From Balanoglossus misakiensis (Eukaryota; Animalia; Hemichordata): a stretch of DNA of 64,000 nucleotides. The notes below the pieces were generated by a model, which made no database searches, was not told where the DNA came from, and worked only from the letters and a program-made list of their open reading frames with translations. Below are positions 14,015-27,200 of the stretch, in pieces. Within the stretch, counting starts at the first letter, position 1, and each line of letters opens with the position of its first letter. The stretch covers positions 3,598,156-3,662,155 of the forward strand of contig CM082588.2 of assembly GCA_040954595.2 (NCBI GenBank), written 5' to 3'. The translations under genes and the position numbers were made by a program.

Positions 14015-17000
14015 GTGAACAAGATATACACAATTGCAATGAGCAGATGTATCCGGCTACACTCAGATATCATTAGTAGGAAATCCGTGACACACATTCC
14101 CGACAACATGGCAGGGTGTAACGTGGTCTAATGCATAGCGTGTCTTCTACTTGGCCTTGCTTATACACTCACACCACGCGTTCTGCAATGCCAGGCTTAA
14201 CTCACTGAGCTCAGCTGTCGATAGGAATGGTTTTCTAAGACCGCGGGCAATTTAATGGACAAAGTGTGTTCTTAAGTCAACAACGGTCATGACGAAATGC
14301 TTAGAGAATAAATCAGTGATCAGACGTTCGCAAGCAACCGAGAATGTCCCATCCAGCTATTGCATAAAACTGGGACGCATTAGCATAAATAAGATCAGAG
14401 CAGGTTTACAAGAGTGACGTCAAATTCAGCCTACTAAACCGTAAAATAATTCTGTTCAACTGACTTCCACCTCTGTGAAAATGACAACTCTTGTCTATTT
14501 TGTTTCTCTTCGTATATTTTATTCACTATGTGGGCTTCAATAATCGTATTGTAGTATCATAATTCTGCATTATATAACATCGTACTCGTATTAAAGAAAG
14601 CCTCCCTTATCCTCTTAACCGCCTCGAATTCAGCTCAAACTCTTTCTTTTCTGAGGCATTAAAGTTATTTCCAAGTCATAAAAATATTTTTCCCGAAAAT
14701 CTGATCGTTCTATTTATGCCTGCGAAAGAGCGACGTCAAATCGTAGCCCGCCATTGTCAAACGCTATAAGCAGATCAAATATTTTACGAGGTATTAATGC
14801 AATATTTAGTTACGAGGAGCTAGGTTGCCATGGAGACGCAGATGGCAGAATAGTGGCCGAGTATGGAGGAAATGGGTTTGTGTACATAGACATCGCTCAC
14901 TGAGATCTCGATCGAAGAGCCGCAGTTGATAAGATGTCCCGGCTGTTGGCGTGGGTTACTGGGCCCCAGGCCTCACTCCAGTCTCCCGGATTGTCAAGCA
15001 CACGGTACAAAACGTCGTCTAAATCTCGAGGAATGTTTCTCAGTGACCGGAATCATTTTTATGACACATCACTACTTCAATAATTGCTTAGCTATGAAAT
15101 ATCTCAGTTATATATAGCACAGAAGCACCATTCAGGTCGCGTGCAAAAAAACGCATCACATAAAAGCTCAGCCGTCAGTTAGATCAGGCAACCTTTGACC
15201 TCATAATATTCAGTCTCCGGGTCTGATTAATATTGCAGACGTCTGACACTGTCACTTTAGAAATCCGAGTTAACTATTTTAAGTCACTATCCATTGGATC
15301 ATAGATATCGATTGACTGGAGAGGACTATGGACAATCCAGCGCGTTTGATTTTTGACCCTTTTAAGAATCAAGCTCAGGATATTGATCGCCAGAAACGAA
15401 AGCAGATGAACACACAACACTACATGTTTTTCCTTTCGACATTTTCTTGAATATCGAAAGGGCGACCTTTATTCTTCATGCGCAAACACAATAACAAGAT
15501 TTGTGGGCGACAAAGTTATCACTCTGGCATCCGAAGCATAGACTTTTACCATGTCTTTTCATGCAGTTATAGTTAGTAAATATTGTGGTCTGTGTGAAAC
15601 AAACATGATTTTTGCATTGTTACTCCTAAAATCTCACAAGGTCACGTGCATTTGGTTCAAGAAAAGCAGATTTCGTCAAACCTGTGCACTTGACCTTCCT
15701 GAGGCGAATTGCTGTAAACAAGGAGTCGATTGTTTACCCGTCAATGGATTGAGAAACGCATCCTTTGGAAATGTCTTGGCCTCCGCACTTGCCACTCAAG
15801 TCGTTTCCTTTCCAATAGAGCTCCTTGTCCTTGAGTTTTATCCATCACAAAGTCTGGCTAACTGAATTAAACCGATGAAAATTAAATAAACCGCTGTCTA
15901 CACAACGTTTGACCTCAGCGGCAAACACTGCCACGTCAGTGGAAAACCACATCCACCACACACACGCCAATGCGAGCCCGTGTCATGCCTATACGCGTTC
16001 GACGGCACACAGAACATTAACAAAACATTAATTTCACAGACTTGTGTAATGGTTTTTACAGGAGCTGTCACATCACCGGCGAAATGTTTTCCCAGATAAT
16101 TACATTTGCCGCGAAGTCATTCAGGAATTAGAACGGCTTATGTACCGATCACGGCAATCTTTCTCTTTCCCCGCAAATTTCAATTTCAATTTTGGAAAAT
16201 GTGCCCTCGCGGATATTACCAGTGGAGTTTCTAATTTCAAAGAGAGGGGGTTTATTACCGTTTAAGGTCTTCCGCGATTTTTTTTCCTTTCAAGCGATGT
16301 AATGAAAAATGAATGTGCATTTTCATCGGCGATGGAGACGGTAAATCGCGGTGGCTACAGTAATATACAATGCAGTAAATTGCTAGGCGATGAAAGGGGT
16401 CTCAAGATGGCTTGGACGAGATAGAATAGTTGGTGGCATAAAATCCCACAGTGATCTGTTTTTACAATACATGTACCCTTTTATCGTTTTCTTGTCTGTT
16501 ACTCTGGTTTTAAAGAGTTTTGATTCAGGAGTCTCGATTAATTTTTATATTCAGGCGTCATGCTCAACTGCAAGGAAGTGACTTAATTACAAATACTGTT
16601 GGAAATTTTTTATCAAGCATACGAACTGTTTACAAGTCCATTAGGCCTATATGTTTTATCGAGTGGACAAACAGTATGTAAGTAGGGTAGCGAACAAAAT
16701 ACTTTCATATTTACACTGGTGTGCACCAAACAGACAGTGAAAAAAAACAACCACCACAACAACAACACGCACGACCAGCAGATTAAGTGGCCTCTTAGAT
16801 ATCACGGATGTTCACAACTGACGTGGTTTTCAGACGCCTCTGTTATGAACACAAAACCCATTTGAAACAAATACAAAAGTCATGTGTTATCTCGTCGACC
16901 GACCGATTCCTCGAGAGTACGGCTATGTATAATTTATCTATCTTGAATATTTCGTTTCTGTTATCAGAAACTGCGCCTCGTGGTAGCTGAGAATATCAAT

Positions 17001-18496
17001 ATCAGAGTAATACATTGCCACAAAATTGTCCTCATTCGCATGTCAAGAAGCAGTGATCTTTAGTGATATCTACGTCAGAAGCGGAATGATTGCTCCCGAT
17101 ATTTGCATAATGTAGTATTACCATCTGGCTAATTTCCCGAAAGGTGGAAATGGACTGCGTCTAATGATCGAAAATGTATGAAATCTGTGAAGGGCCATCG
17201 AGTCGAATTGTTAACAGAAAAATAAGCTTCTGGTTTGCATTTCGTTCCATATCAAATGGAGAGGCACTGACGTCATAGCCACCACAAGTGAGCGATAATT
17301 TATGAAAAATGTTGAAAGACGATTCCCGTAAGTGTTACAAATGGCCATCTGTCTCACATTGAAATACTCTCTTATCGCCTACGTATATTTTGTAAAGCGC
17401 ATTTTATAAGAAATGGATTCGACAGTATATAGAGGTCACACTATATACAGCAGCTTTGTTCTATCCTTGTGTTATTGACAGACGAAGCATTTCGGAAAGT
17501 ATGATGGAGTGTGTGAGTGAGTGAGTGGGTCTGTGTGGTATAAACAAAGATAATTGTGTGCACGCAAAATGCATCTGTTCGCGTTCACTTTAATCGCAGA
17601 ACGAAAAAAGGCCAAACAAATGACTTCTTGGTTAACTAAATATTTCATCCCGTTTCCCTTTAACATGCAATGGGGTAGATGGAAACGCCATGAATTATAA
17701 ACAGTTCGATGATAGATTCTCTATCACATGAATGATGAGGTGATACTAAATTTACAATGATAAAAAACACAACACAGGAATATTAATACGTAATGAAGCC
17801 AAATCTGCCACGTATGTGTCACAGTGTATTCAAGGTAATTGAAGTGTATTTATTTAGACAGTTTTAATGAGACATTGACCTTAATGCTTGAATGTACTAA
17901 TTCGAGATGTTTGCATAGTTAATAGTTCATCATTAGGAGCAATGCATCGAACCATGTATACATGTACACCACTCATATGCAAATATATCAGCGCACTCCA
18001 CTCGGATAGATGATAGTTACATGTTATGAAAAACACTCGTTTTCTATATCAATGGTCTTTCAAGTTACTGGAAAAAATCTGCCCTTTTCGTGGTTTCCTT
18101 GGAAATGCATTTTATCGCTCTCGCTTATTCTCGCCGATTTAACAATTTCAGGAGTGGTTACACGTCATTTAATTTGAGTGATTATATAGTTCCTTGACGG
18201 CAAACACACCGAATCCTAGACTGTAATTACCAATGTTATATCCTGTTTGATCACTTTGGCGTCCAGCTAGTTGTAATGAATGAAAATTATTATAGTTTAC
18301 GCACGCTACATTTTCTTCACTAAATATAAATATTGCAGGACAGTGAAGACCGAAAACATGTGGTGAGGTTAAGTCAGATCGCTCACGTCTTTATTTTCTC
18401 TTTCAAATCTCCAAGGTCCTGGCGGGTGACCGGAATGGCTGTTGTCACCGCGCTCCAAGAGTTCTGCAATAATTCGAACGACTTCAGGACATCAAG

Positions 18497-21286
18497 ATGA
18501 GCGAGGCGAGTCCGACAAACTTCACCATGTCCGACAACGCGACGACGACGGCGTCGCCGACGACGCAGGCGGTGTCGACGCGAACCTGCCACGAGTGGGA
18601 GTCTATGCAACACGTGATTTTCCAAGCGGCCAACTTCCTTCTCCTGGCGGCGTTCCTGGCCCCGGCCCGCGGTCTCAGCGCCATGCTGTTCTTACACGTT
18701 TGTCTCACCATGGCTTTTATACTACTGACGCTGTGGGGATATTTCTACGTCTGCGGCCCCGACGTCTTCGCCTGGAATCTGGGCTACGCGCTTCTGAACG
18801 CGGCCAACGCCTCTTACTTGTTCTACCGCATCAGACCCGTCAAGTTGACCCAGGAGCAGAAGGACGTCTACAAAAATGTGTTCTTACCCCTCAAAGTGCC
18901 AAGACACTCTTTCAAGGAGCTTTGCAGAATCGGAAGAACAGTTTCATTGACAATAGGGGAGAACTATGCCTTGGAGGGGAAAACGCCTTGTAATCGTCTT
19001 TCACTTCTTATTATGGGAAAGTAAGTATAACATCATAGCATGTTCAACCCATATATATAAAATGTAACTCGGTTAACCTGGCCAGCGAAATGGTTCTTAA
19101 AATGCCATTTCACCTCAGGGTCACAACTCAAACTCTGAATCATGCCAATTATACCCATTTTGCCTTTTGGCAACAGCGGTGATAAGATTTAGATCATTTC
19201 AATGTGGACTTAACGGCACTTTATGGAGCACATGCCGCTTTGCAATGAAACATTTATTATTAGAGTGGACCGGTGCCCAGCATACGCACAGGCGCATTAA
19301 TAACGACAATAGCCCGACTTGCCTATAAACGTATTAGCTCAAAATCTAATCCAGAAATAGTGAAATTTCTTAATTTGAGAGATTACTCTGCGTGGTTTAT
19401 TGTGAATAATCTGATTACACAATAAATGGCTGCAAGGGAGAGAGCCACGGTAAGACGAAAACACTCCGCCATATTGCGATTAATAAATCTTTATTATGGG
19501 ACGGCGGGGTTCAGACAGTCGACTTAGTTTAGTATACACACGCCTGCAAAATGACAACCACCCGGTGCAGTTCGATTTGACTGCGGAGGTGTGGTCGTCC
19601 TTGCGCGGGGGTTAACAACCTCGGGGATTTCGCTCAATTAGAGTCTAAATGAAGGACTCTCGACAGGAAGCACTTGGAAGTGTGGAAATGAATTTGGCTC
19701 TTGTGTCCAGAAGGACTTCTGGGACGGATGTTCCCTGGTGGCTTTGAAATAAATACTGCAATATTGCTTTCAAAGTCAAAAACGATGTGAGAGTGGTAAC
19801 TAAGGCCTGCATGACGCCATTTTGTGCGCGTTTTAGTCGAGATGGGTCGTTGTTTGCGCAAATAAATAATTTCTTATTATTATTTGATTTAGAACCCGCA
19901 ATCTTACATCTTTCAAATTAATTCTCTGTGAAATATAATATATAGACAAAGTATTTGCTGATCAACTTTTGACGGGAAAAGTCCTTGAGTTGATTTGTAC
20001 CAAAGTGGCTGGAAGTGCAAACTATGCAGATAAAAGCGCTCTATCTTGTTTAAATGTATGTTTCTATGACCTTTTTCACCGCCTTTTCACCAACGGATGT
20101 GTATTCGATAGATACAACGCACACTGCACTGAGAGTGACTCAGTTATCGCAATTTTGCATCAGTATTCGCCTGACTGAATCCCATTTCTTTCCTTCACAG
20201 AGTTAAGGTATTCTGCGAGGGTGAATTTCTCCACCACATTCTAGAATACCAGTTTCTCGATTCTCCGGAATGGGAATCGTACAGGAATGAAAATAACGAA
20301 ACAGATGTTTTTCAGGTACGTACTGGATAGAATTGTGTTTAATTTCTTACTTTTCATTAATTTCATTATAGCTTCATAATTATATTTGTATCACAGATGG
20401 TCTTAGGATATACCCAGCAGTTTCCCTAAATATATCGGACGTTTGATATAGGCCTACATCAAAATATATAATTTTCCCGCAGAAATGACCGATATGGTGG
20501 GACGCCATTATTTCTTTCACTTCCTTGGTATACACGTCACATATCCTCTATTTGCTGTTGCGAAGATTAATATACTCATACTTTGTCAAACACACCTGCT
20601 GAAATGTCTGTGTTTACATCTACTTTGGCAAGCCAGTGAATTATCGATCGTGAGCAACCGGCAAGCCAAGTAGTGCCTGGCGCAGAAAGGACTACTTTGC
20701 ATATTTTCCCTTTTATCAGCTCAGTATCACAGGCTAAATTATTAAATCATATTCAATTTTTCATTGTCATTTTACGTTTTCCTCAGGGTATACGCCACAG
20801 CCGTCAGAACCTCAAAAATATTATTCAGCGCGCTAGTCTCTGAGTTTTGAGTTTGCAAACCATTTGTGTCATCTTCAAATTTAATCTCATAAACTCAGAA
20901 ATTCAGAAAACATCATGGCGACGGAATCAAGATTCACTTCCGGTCTGTTGCAGGTCACGCTGACGGCAACAACATACTGTAGGTACATGACGTGGAACCG
21001 AGTTCAGCTGCAGAAACTCCTGGCCAACGACCAGTACTTAGCAGCTGTCTTCTCCAACCTCATCGGCAAAGACATCACCAAGAAGCTGTATCTACTGACC
21101 GAGAAGAACATCACAAGGCAGGGCTCAAGACCGGATATACGTCTGCCCAGCACCGGAAAGGAACCGCCGGTGAACCTTGACCTCAAGGGTCACCTGGCAG
21201 CAGGGCAAAGAAGCGCCTGCGGCGTGGGGCTGCCTGTCTATGGCACCAGTCAAAGCCCAGGCCATGGTGACGTGGCCGGTGTGTGA
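18497..21286 (+). CDS. POPDC: Popeye domain-containing protein (BVES/POPDC family), copy 1, ~323 aa
   Basis: Exons 18497-19020, 20201-20315 and 20954-21286 join in frame across GT-AG introns. The protein has N-terminal N-glycosylation sequons (NFT, NAT), three hydrophobic segments and the Popeye cAMP-binding motifs FLDSPEW and FQ|VT. The acceptor at 18415 implies an upstream non-coding exon (candidate donor at 13376). The C-terminus could be alternatively spliced. Confidence 0.9.
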
Positions 21287-24200
21287 TCGTCGGCAAAACA
21301 TTCATGGCATATCTTAGGTAACCTGGACATCTATTGTCTAAGACTTTCATTCAGTGCCTATGAACATTAATTGCACAAATCGCAATAACAGAAGATTTTA
21401 TGTTTACATCAGTATGGGCCCCCTAATATTACGTTCAGTGAATCGCTGCTCTTCTGTCACGTGAGAAAAGCCCTCAAATTGACCACAAATGATTTTAAAT
21501 CTCGTTTTTGCTGATGTTTGACACTCGTCCGTTTGATAGCTATTTAGAAACACCTGGTCCAAATCCTGCATACGAGTTCTCGGAAACGTTCTACAGTTAC
21601 ATTCTTCAAAGTACGTCAGTGTTGCTTTGAAGTGCTCGGCGGTAATTCGACTCCTTTAATCTTGCCACCACCGTGTTTCCAGCAGCACATAAGTGAATGA
21701 TTAGCCTGTCTGAGTGACGATCATTACACCAGGGCTGCTGACATGCCGGCTGATCCAGCAGATAATTGGGGATCATCATGTCCACGCCAGATGGTGCAAC
21801 GGAAGACATGTATTACTCCTTACGCTCAAAGTATTGCATAAGTGAACCAAGTGGGCCGTGTTCTTGTTGGGCAGGATTACAGCCTCGTTCTCAGTTTACC
21901 CAATTTCCGGGCGACATTACATGTAACATCGACATCGTGACTGTCACATGGTTCACTGAACCCGCGACGTTTTTTCTCTCTCCACTAAGTAGAAACACAA
22001 TTCAATAAGCGCCCCTATTTGCTTCCAAACGTTAATAACAATATGGGCTACTTTACGTCGAAAATCCTCGCCGCATTACAGCTTGCGAAAATGCCAAATA
22101 CATATATAAGAAACTACATGTTTTTTTTTCCGAAAGAGTGTTAACAAACGATCTCTATCACTATGCCTTCGGTCACCATCCACTCACGCGAGTTCTTTGG
22201 GTAATGTTAGAGACAAATAAAAGTCGCCACTGTGGGTAAAGTTGAATACATGTACTATGGAAAGAAAGAGTATACAACGGCTCTCCTTTGGCTTCGTGGC
22301 GTATGTTTTGATCTGCATGTTTCTACCCCATTGCCTACTTCAATAATCTGTATATACTTTCTCAATAACTTCAATACTCTACAAACGTTTCTTTCGTTCT
22401 TTTAATGACCCCTCGTGCGATCAACAGTGGTTTTCTGAATAATTTATGACTTCTTGTCCTCTACAGGGGTTCTTCCTGACTAAATGATCCTTCTCATGAT
22501 TTTCAAATGGATTCAACTGTATTAAAAGGCCTCTCTCATATGCCCGCGCATGGGGCTTCACCTCGTAATTAAAACTAATGATCTCTCCCACGGAGTTTAC
22601 AAAATATGTCCACCTTGTCCAACGCTCTTACTAATGATGTGCGCAAGCGAGGGTTACCTGTTTAGTCTATGGCTCTTCACGATCTACAATACGGCCCCTC
22701 TTAAAAGACAATCTCGTTCGTATTTCATACCAGCAATAACTGGCCGTGATGAAAGGTTTACACATATTGAGATTTATAAAAGCTTAATACAAATTTATAT
22801 GAGCACAAAACACAGGTCATACACTGAGCATTTTACGTTAAATTAATACTTATTTAGCTATGGACTACATTAAAAGAAATCTTGACATTTTTTTTAATTT
22901 TCTATTTCAGAGTTTGGACCCTGGAATGTAATACTAAGATTTGGCACACGGCTACTCTGACAATGCAGACGAAAATTTTCTGGATGTCGACTCTGTGAAT
23001 TAACTCCCCGAATGAATACATTGCCTCAGTTCTCACATCTGTCATTTCGATACCAATCTTCAGGCGACACAGTCAGCCATCACTCCGCGCAGAAAATACA
23101 CCACGGATCTCACGTGTCATTTGGGCGACCTAATTGCCATGGCAACGAAATCGAGCCCAAGTGACTCGCAGGGAGAAGCGCATCAATTATCTTCTGTCGG
23201 GTTGCAGTCGGCATGGAAACGCCGCGGGGTGATGGAGATCGATGGAGTTAACGACGAGAAGACATCTGCTCGAACGTCCCTTCCAATATGGCTCTAGCCT
23301 ATTTTTCTCTCTGAGAGGCACAATCGATTTTAACGAGAGAACAGACACCAACAATGACCCGATGTAGCTGGATATCCAGCTCCACCGTGTCTATTTTACA
23401 TTTTTCTCCCTCTCTCTCTTTTTTGAGTAAATTTCTGATATATCGTGTATGCTTCTTGTGACGTCAGACATGAACAGCAAAGATCCAATTTACCTTGAAA
23501 TGCGTGTCTAGTGACAATAGCCGAACTTTGGTGCTACAAAGCTATGGTGAAATCCTTTAACTGCAGAAGTGAAAAGCGCTGATGGATTTTTGCTTTCAAT
23601 TTCAATCATGCTACCGTTATCAATGGGCGTGATCACATTTTCTCCTCAGGGCTTTGGCGAATGATTTATTTGGAGTTCGATTATTTGTTTCCACTTGCCT
23701 AATAATTTCAAAATTATTTTTACCACTTACGAGTTTGATGTAACAGTTTAAAATAGGATATCAAAACACCGAGACATTTACATGTACATGTACTTGCAGA
23801 GTACTGGGATTCGGGTTGGCCAGCTGACGAACGTCCACAATTGCCCATAACGGTGCGTTGAACTACAAACCATCTGAAATTCTGATGGTTCCATTCAAAT
23901 ACTAAAGCGCCTCACGTACAATGGCCACTATCTTCATCGATTCACCACGGCTGAATGACAGCGCACAAGGACGTGGAATACACAAATCCTTTTGCGAATT
24001 TGAGAAATAATATTCATATTTTGATTTATGGCATCAATATCTAATGATGCCCACGTCTGAACTAACCAATGAGCAATATTTTCAACCACTCGTACAACGA
24101 AGACGCGAAGAGTTAATCTGGCAATCGTTGCAGCAACATCAATCTAATCAAAGATACATTCAGTCTAGACATTTTCAATCGACCGGTAATTTCGATTAGG

Positions 24201-27200
24201 GTTTATTTTTCAAATGGCGCCAGGTTGTTTGTGAGTTTTTTCCTTTGAAAAACAAATCTGTTCGCTGTTAAACATCAATATGGAATCAGTTAATGTAAGT
24301 TAGTCCTGCCCAGGGAAGCTGCCATCACGTTGAGGATATTGTAAACCAACATTTCAGGGAATGGATGGATTTTCGAGCAATATAAAAGTGAATATCCTGT
24401 GTGCACGGTAATATTTTAATATTCCATTCTCATTAAGTTCTGGTTAAATGAAAAGTATTAACTGGCGTGTAATTATTCAAACTAGTAGGGGTAATTATTT
24501 AGGGTAACATTTTCCTATCAACATTAATTGTATACCAGCAAACTTTCACTGCAGCACAGAAACTTTTCGACTGTACAACTACTGCCGGGTTGAATAAGAC
24601 TTGACTTGTGTGTAGACAAGGCGAAAATGATACAATGTTGCAATATTCGGAGCCGCAGGCAGCTCTGGTTGTTGTTTTAAAGACCCGATTTGCATATGAT
24701 TTTTCCATATGTACCAAACAGTCAGTATTTTGTAGTATTTCTGAAAATCCGCCGGCGGGAGGGACAGCTGCAATGCAGTTGTCGATACGTACAATTATGA
24801 AGAACCACTGCGGGGGGAAAGGCCGATGCTCTATAGACTGCATTATTGCTGTCACCATTGGCCCGTACCCTGTTTGTGTCATCTCGCATTTTCATCTAAA
24901 GGGTCGTGGTGCTTCTTAATAGCCTCTCCCGAAGAGATGACTGTACTACAGTTCAAAACATTCACTGTGTATTAAATTCACTGTATAAGGCGGTGTTTAG
25001 CGATACTGGCTACAAAAGCCGTCGTAACACAATTAATGTAAATTCTATAATTCACTCAACTTTCTCAATAACTACTAAGGATGGTTGTAAAAAGAACTGC
25101 TTTCAATGATGGATGATTTCTTTCCTTTTTAAAATCTCAGTTACTATCAAATCTAGCGAATGTTCTCCTCTACTTTACAAACTTGCACTCTTAGATGTAT
25201 ATTCAACTAACAGTTTCATTCGGTTTGCGAGTCCTGTTTTGGATTTTAAAGTGCGTTTTCAAGTGTATGGACCCTTTTTGTGTGATTTCAATAACATGAC
25301 GGTACATGTATACCAGTATTTACTTCAGTGTGACGATGTTAACAATATTTTGCACAAGTTGTTTACACAAATAAGATTAACAATATGTATTGGTGCTAGC
25401 AATATCTTTTGAGATTGAAATTTTACAAGTTATTATACATTGCAACTGACAGGGTTTGGTGTATTTGGAATGAAGAGAGTACAAACGTAGGGGTAGTATT
25501 AATAAAATGTAAAAAGGAGTTCTTGACTAATATCCAAATGTGTGCTACATGTAGGAGATAAACATCTATGTGTATCTCAGCGCCATATTGGAATTATGGT
25601 CACCGTAAAATGTGACGTAGTACGCACGAACAGGCCGTAAATGTGACGTAGTACACACGTACATGGCTGATCCAATGTACATGACTGGAATAGCAATAGC
25701 ATTACTCTCGTGTCAGCGGAAATTTCTCTTAGCACATAATTCTAAGGAACATCCTGCAAGTCCAAGAAGTGATATCTATACGGTTGGGTGTCATGATGTG
25801 CGTGAGAGGTCAAACCTATCAACGTGAAATAAATGAGAATACGTTCTGCTTTTGTTTGCAACATATTGTATGTTCGTTATACAAACAATGTACTAGTGAT
25901 TGCAGTTTACTGATAAACATAACCTGAGTTTACAACAAAGAATGTTTTTGTAGGATTTGTATTAACGACAATTTATATAATGATTAAATGAACACTTTTC
26001 CATGAACCAACGTCTAATTTTGTCATCGTACATTGAATGCTATAGTAAATGCACGACTACCTACGAAATATCCCTTTAAGTACACGAATTACATCGGTGA
26101 GTCTGTCGGCAAAGTGTGCTATCAGAGGAGTTTACGCCGAACGAACGGTGTAAGTACCTTCACAGTAATGACTTTACATTTAACAACGCTATAAAATGGA
26201 ACCTAATAGACAGATCTTGGTGTTGTGTGGACTTTAGTGCGGTTGATATGTTTAATTCCCCTAGCTAATCAAATTTTATGAAGTATATCAGAAAGGTTTA
26301 AGAGTTCCAGTCGGAAATTTAAGAGGTGCTACTGTTTCTGACTGACCCTGGGGGTCACATAAGGCGCACTTAAAAACAGCTGCAATGTCTTAATTATGCA
26401 TGTCTCTCGCGTCCATTACATCGGTGGTTTAGTATATATGATGTGTTCATGTTATGAAGTGGCATCAGTATTAAAGTGGCGAGTATCCAATGCAAAGGAC
26501 TCGGGGGCTAAAGTGGGTCAGAGGTCAAATTATGGAAGATCAGTCGACGCCACCTATAGTTCACAGACATCTACGAAGCCTCGCTGCATCCTAATTGTCA
26601 CCGTTTAGAAGATTGTTCACAGTGTCTCAGGCAGGACACCTGGTGCAGAAATGTAAGCATTCAGACCACACGGGCCCCCCACGATTGGCTACGTAACTCT
26701 AGTGTTCCATTTTAATTAACTAGAAAGGTTGGCTATCTTTAGAATAACGTGGGATGGGACCGGTAATGAGAGCCTTCATGAACCCCAGAGATATAATGAT
26801 AGTGATTTCTAATGTTAATTTGAGAAAGTGGGCTTGTCCACCGACAAGTGTGTGGGCCCAGCAAACGGTGACTGCCTTCGAACTATATGTGTGTGTGTTC
26901 TTATCTACAAGTCATTGGAAATAAGAAGTATGAGGTCGCCAGGAAAAGATCACAGGTGTTCGATGAAACCTCATTTCGACTGAATGGACAGGGGAATATC
27001 TAATGGGACATTTACGACTGCTAAGGCTAGCTTCCACTGACAAGAGATTGACTAGAACAAGGTTGGGATGAAGCTTCTAATGAACCGCTCCAACTATCAA
27101 AAGCCACTGGCCTTCCTGAAACTCAGCCCTACATTCAAAGCTCCTGGAGCTATTTGTATCACTGAAATAATTTATTCCTTATATGGAGTTATTGTGGCTA

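Noticed and set aside
13696-14131. ORFs with YVCM/HTYI repeats
   Set aside because: Translations of the microsatellite.
18383-18993. Overlapping and antisense ORFs, including an Arg-rich 80-aa ORF
   Set aside because: Shadow frames of the GC-rich POPDC exon; the same applies at 31817-32215 and 32812-33376.
24499-25412. Cluster of 70-130 aa ORFs between the Popeye genes
   Set aside because: No recognisable domain, codon bias or splice structure; probably 3' UTR or intergenic.
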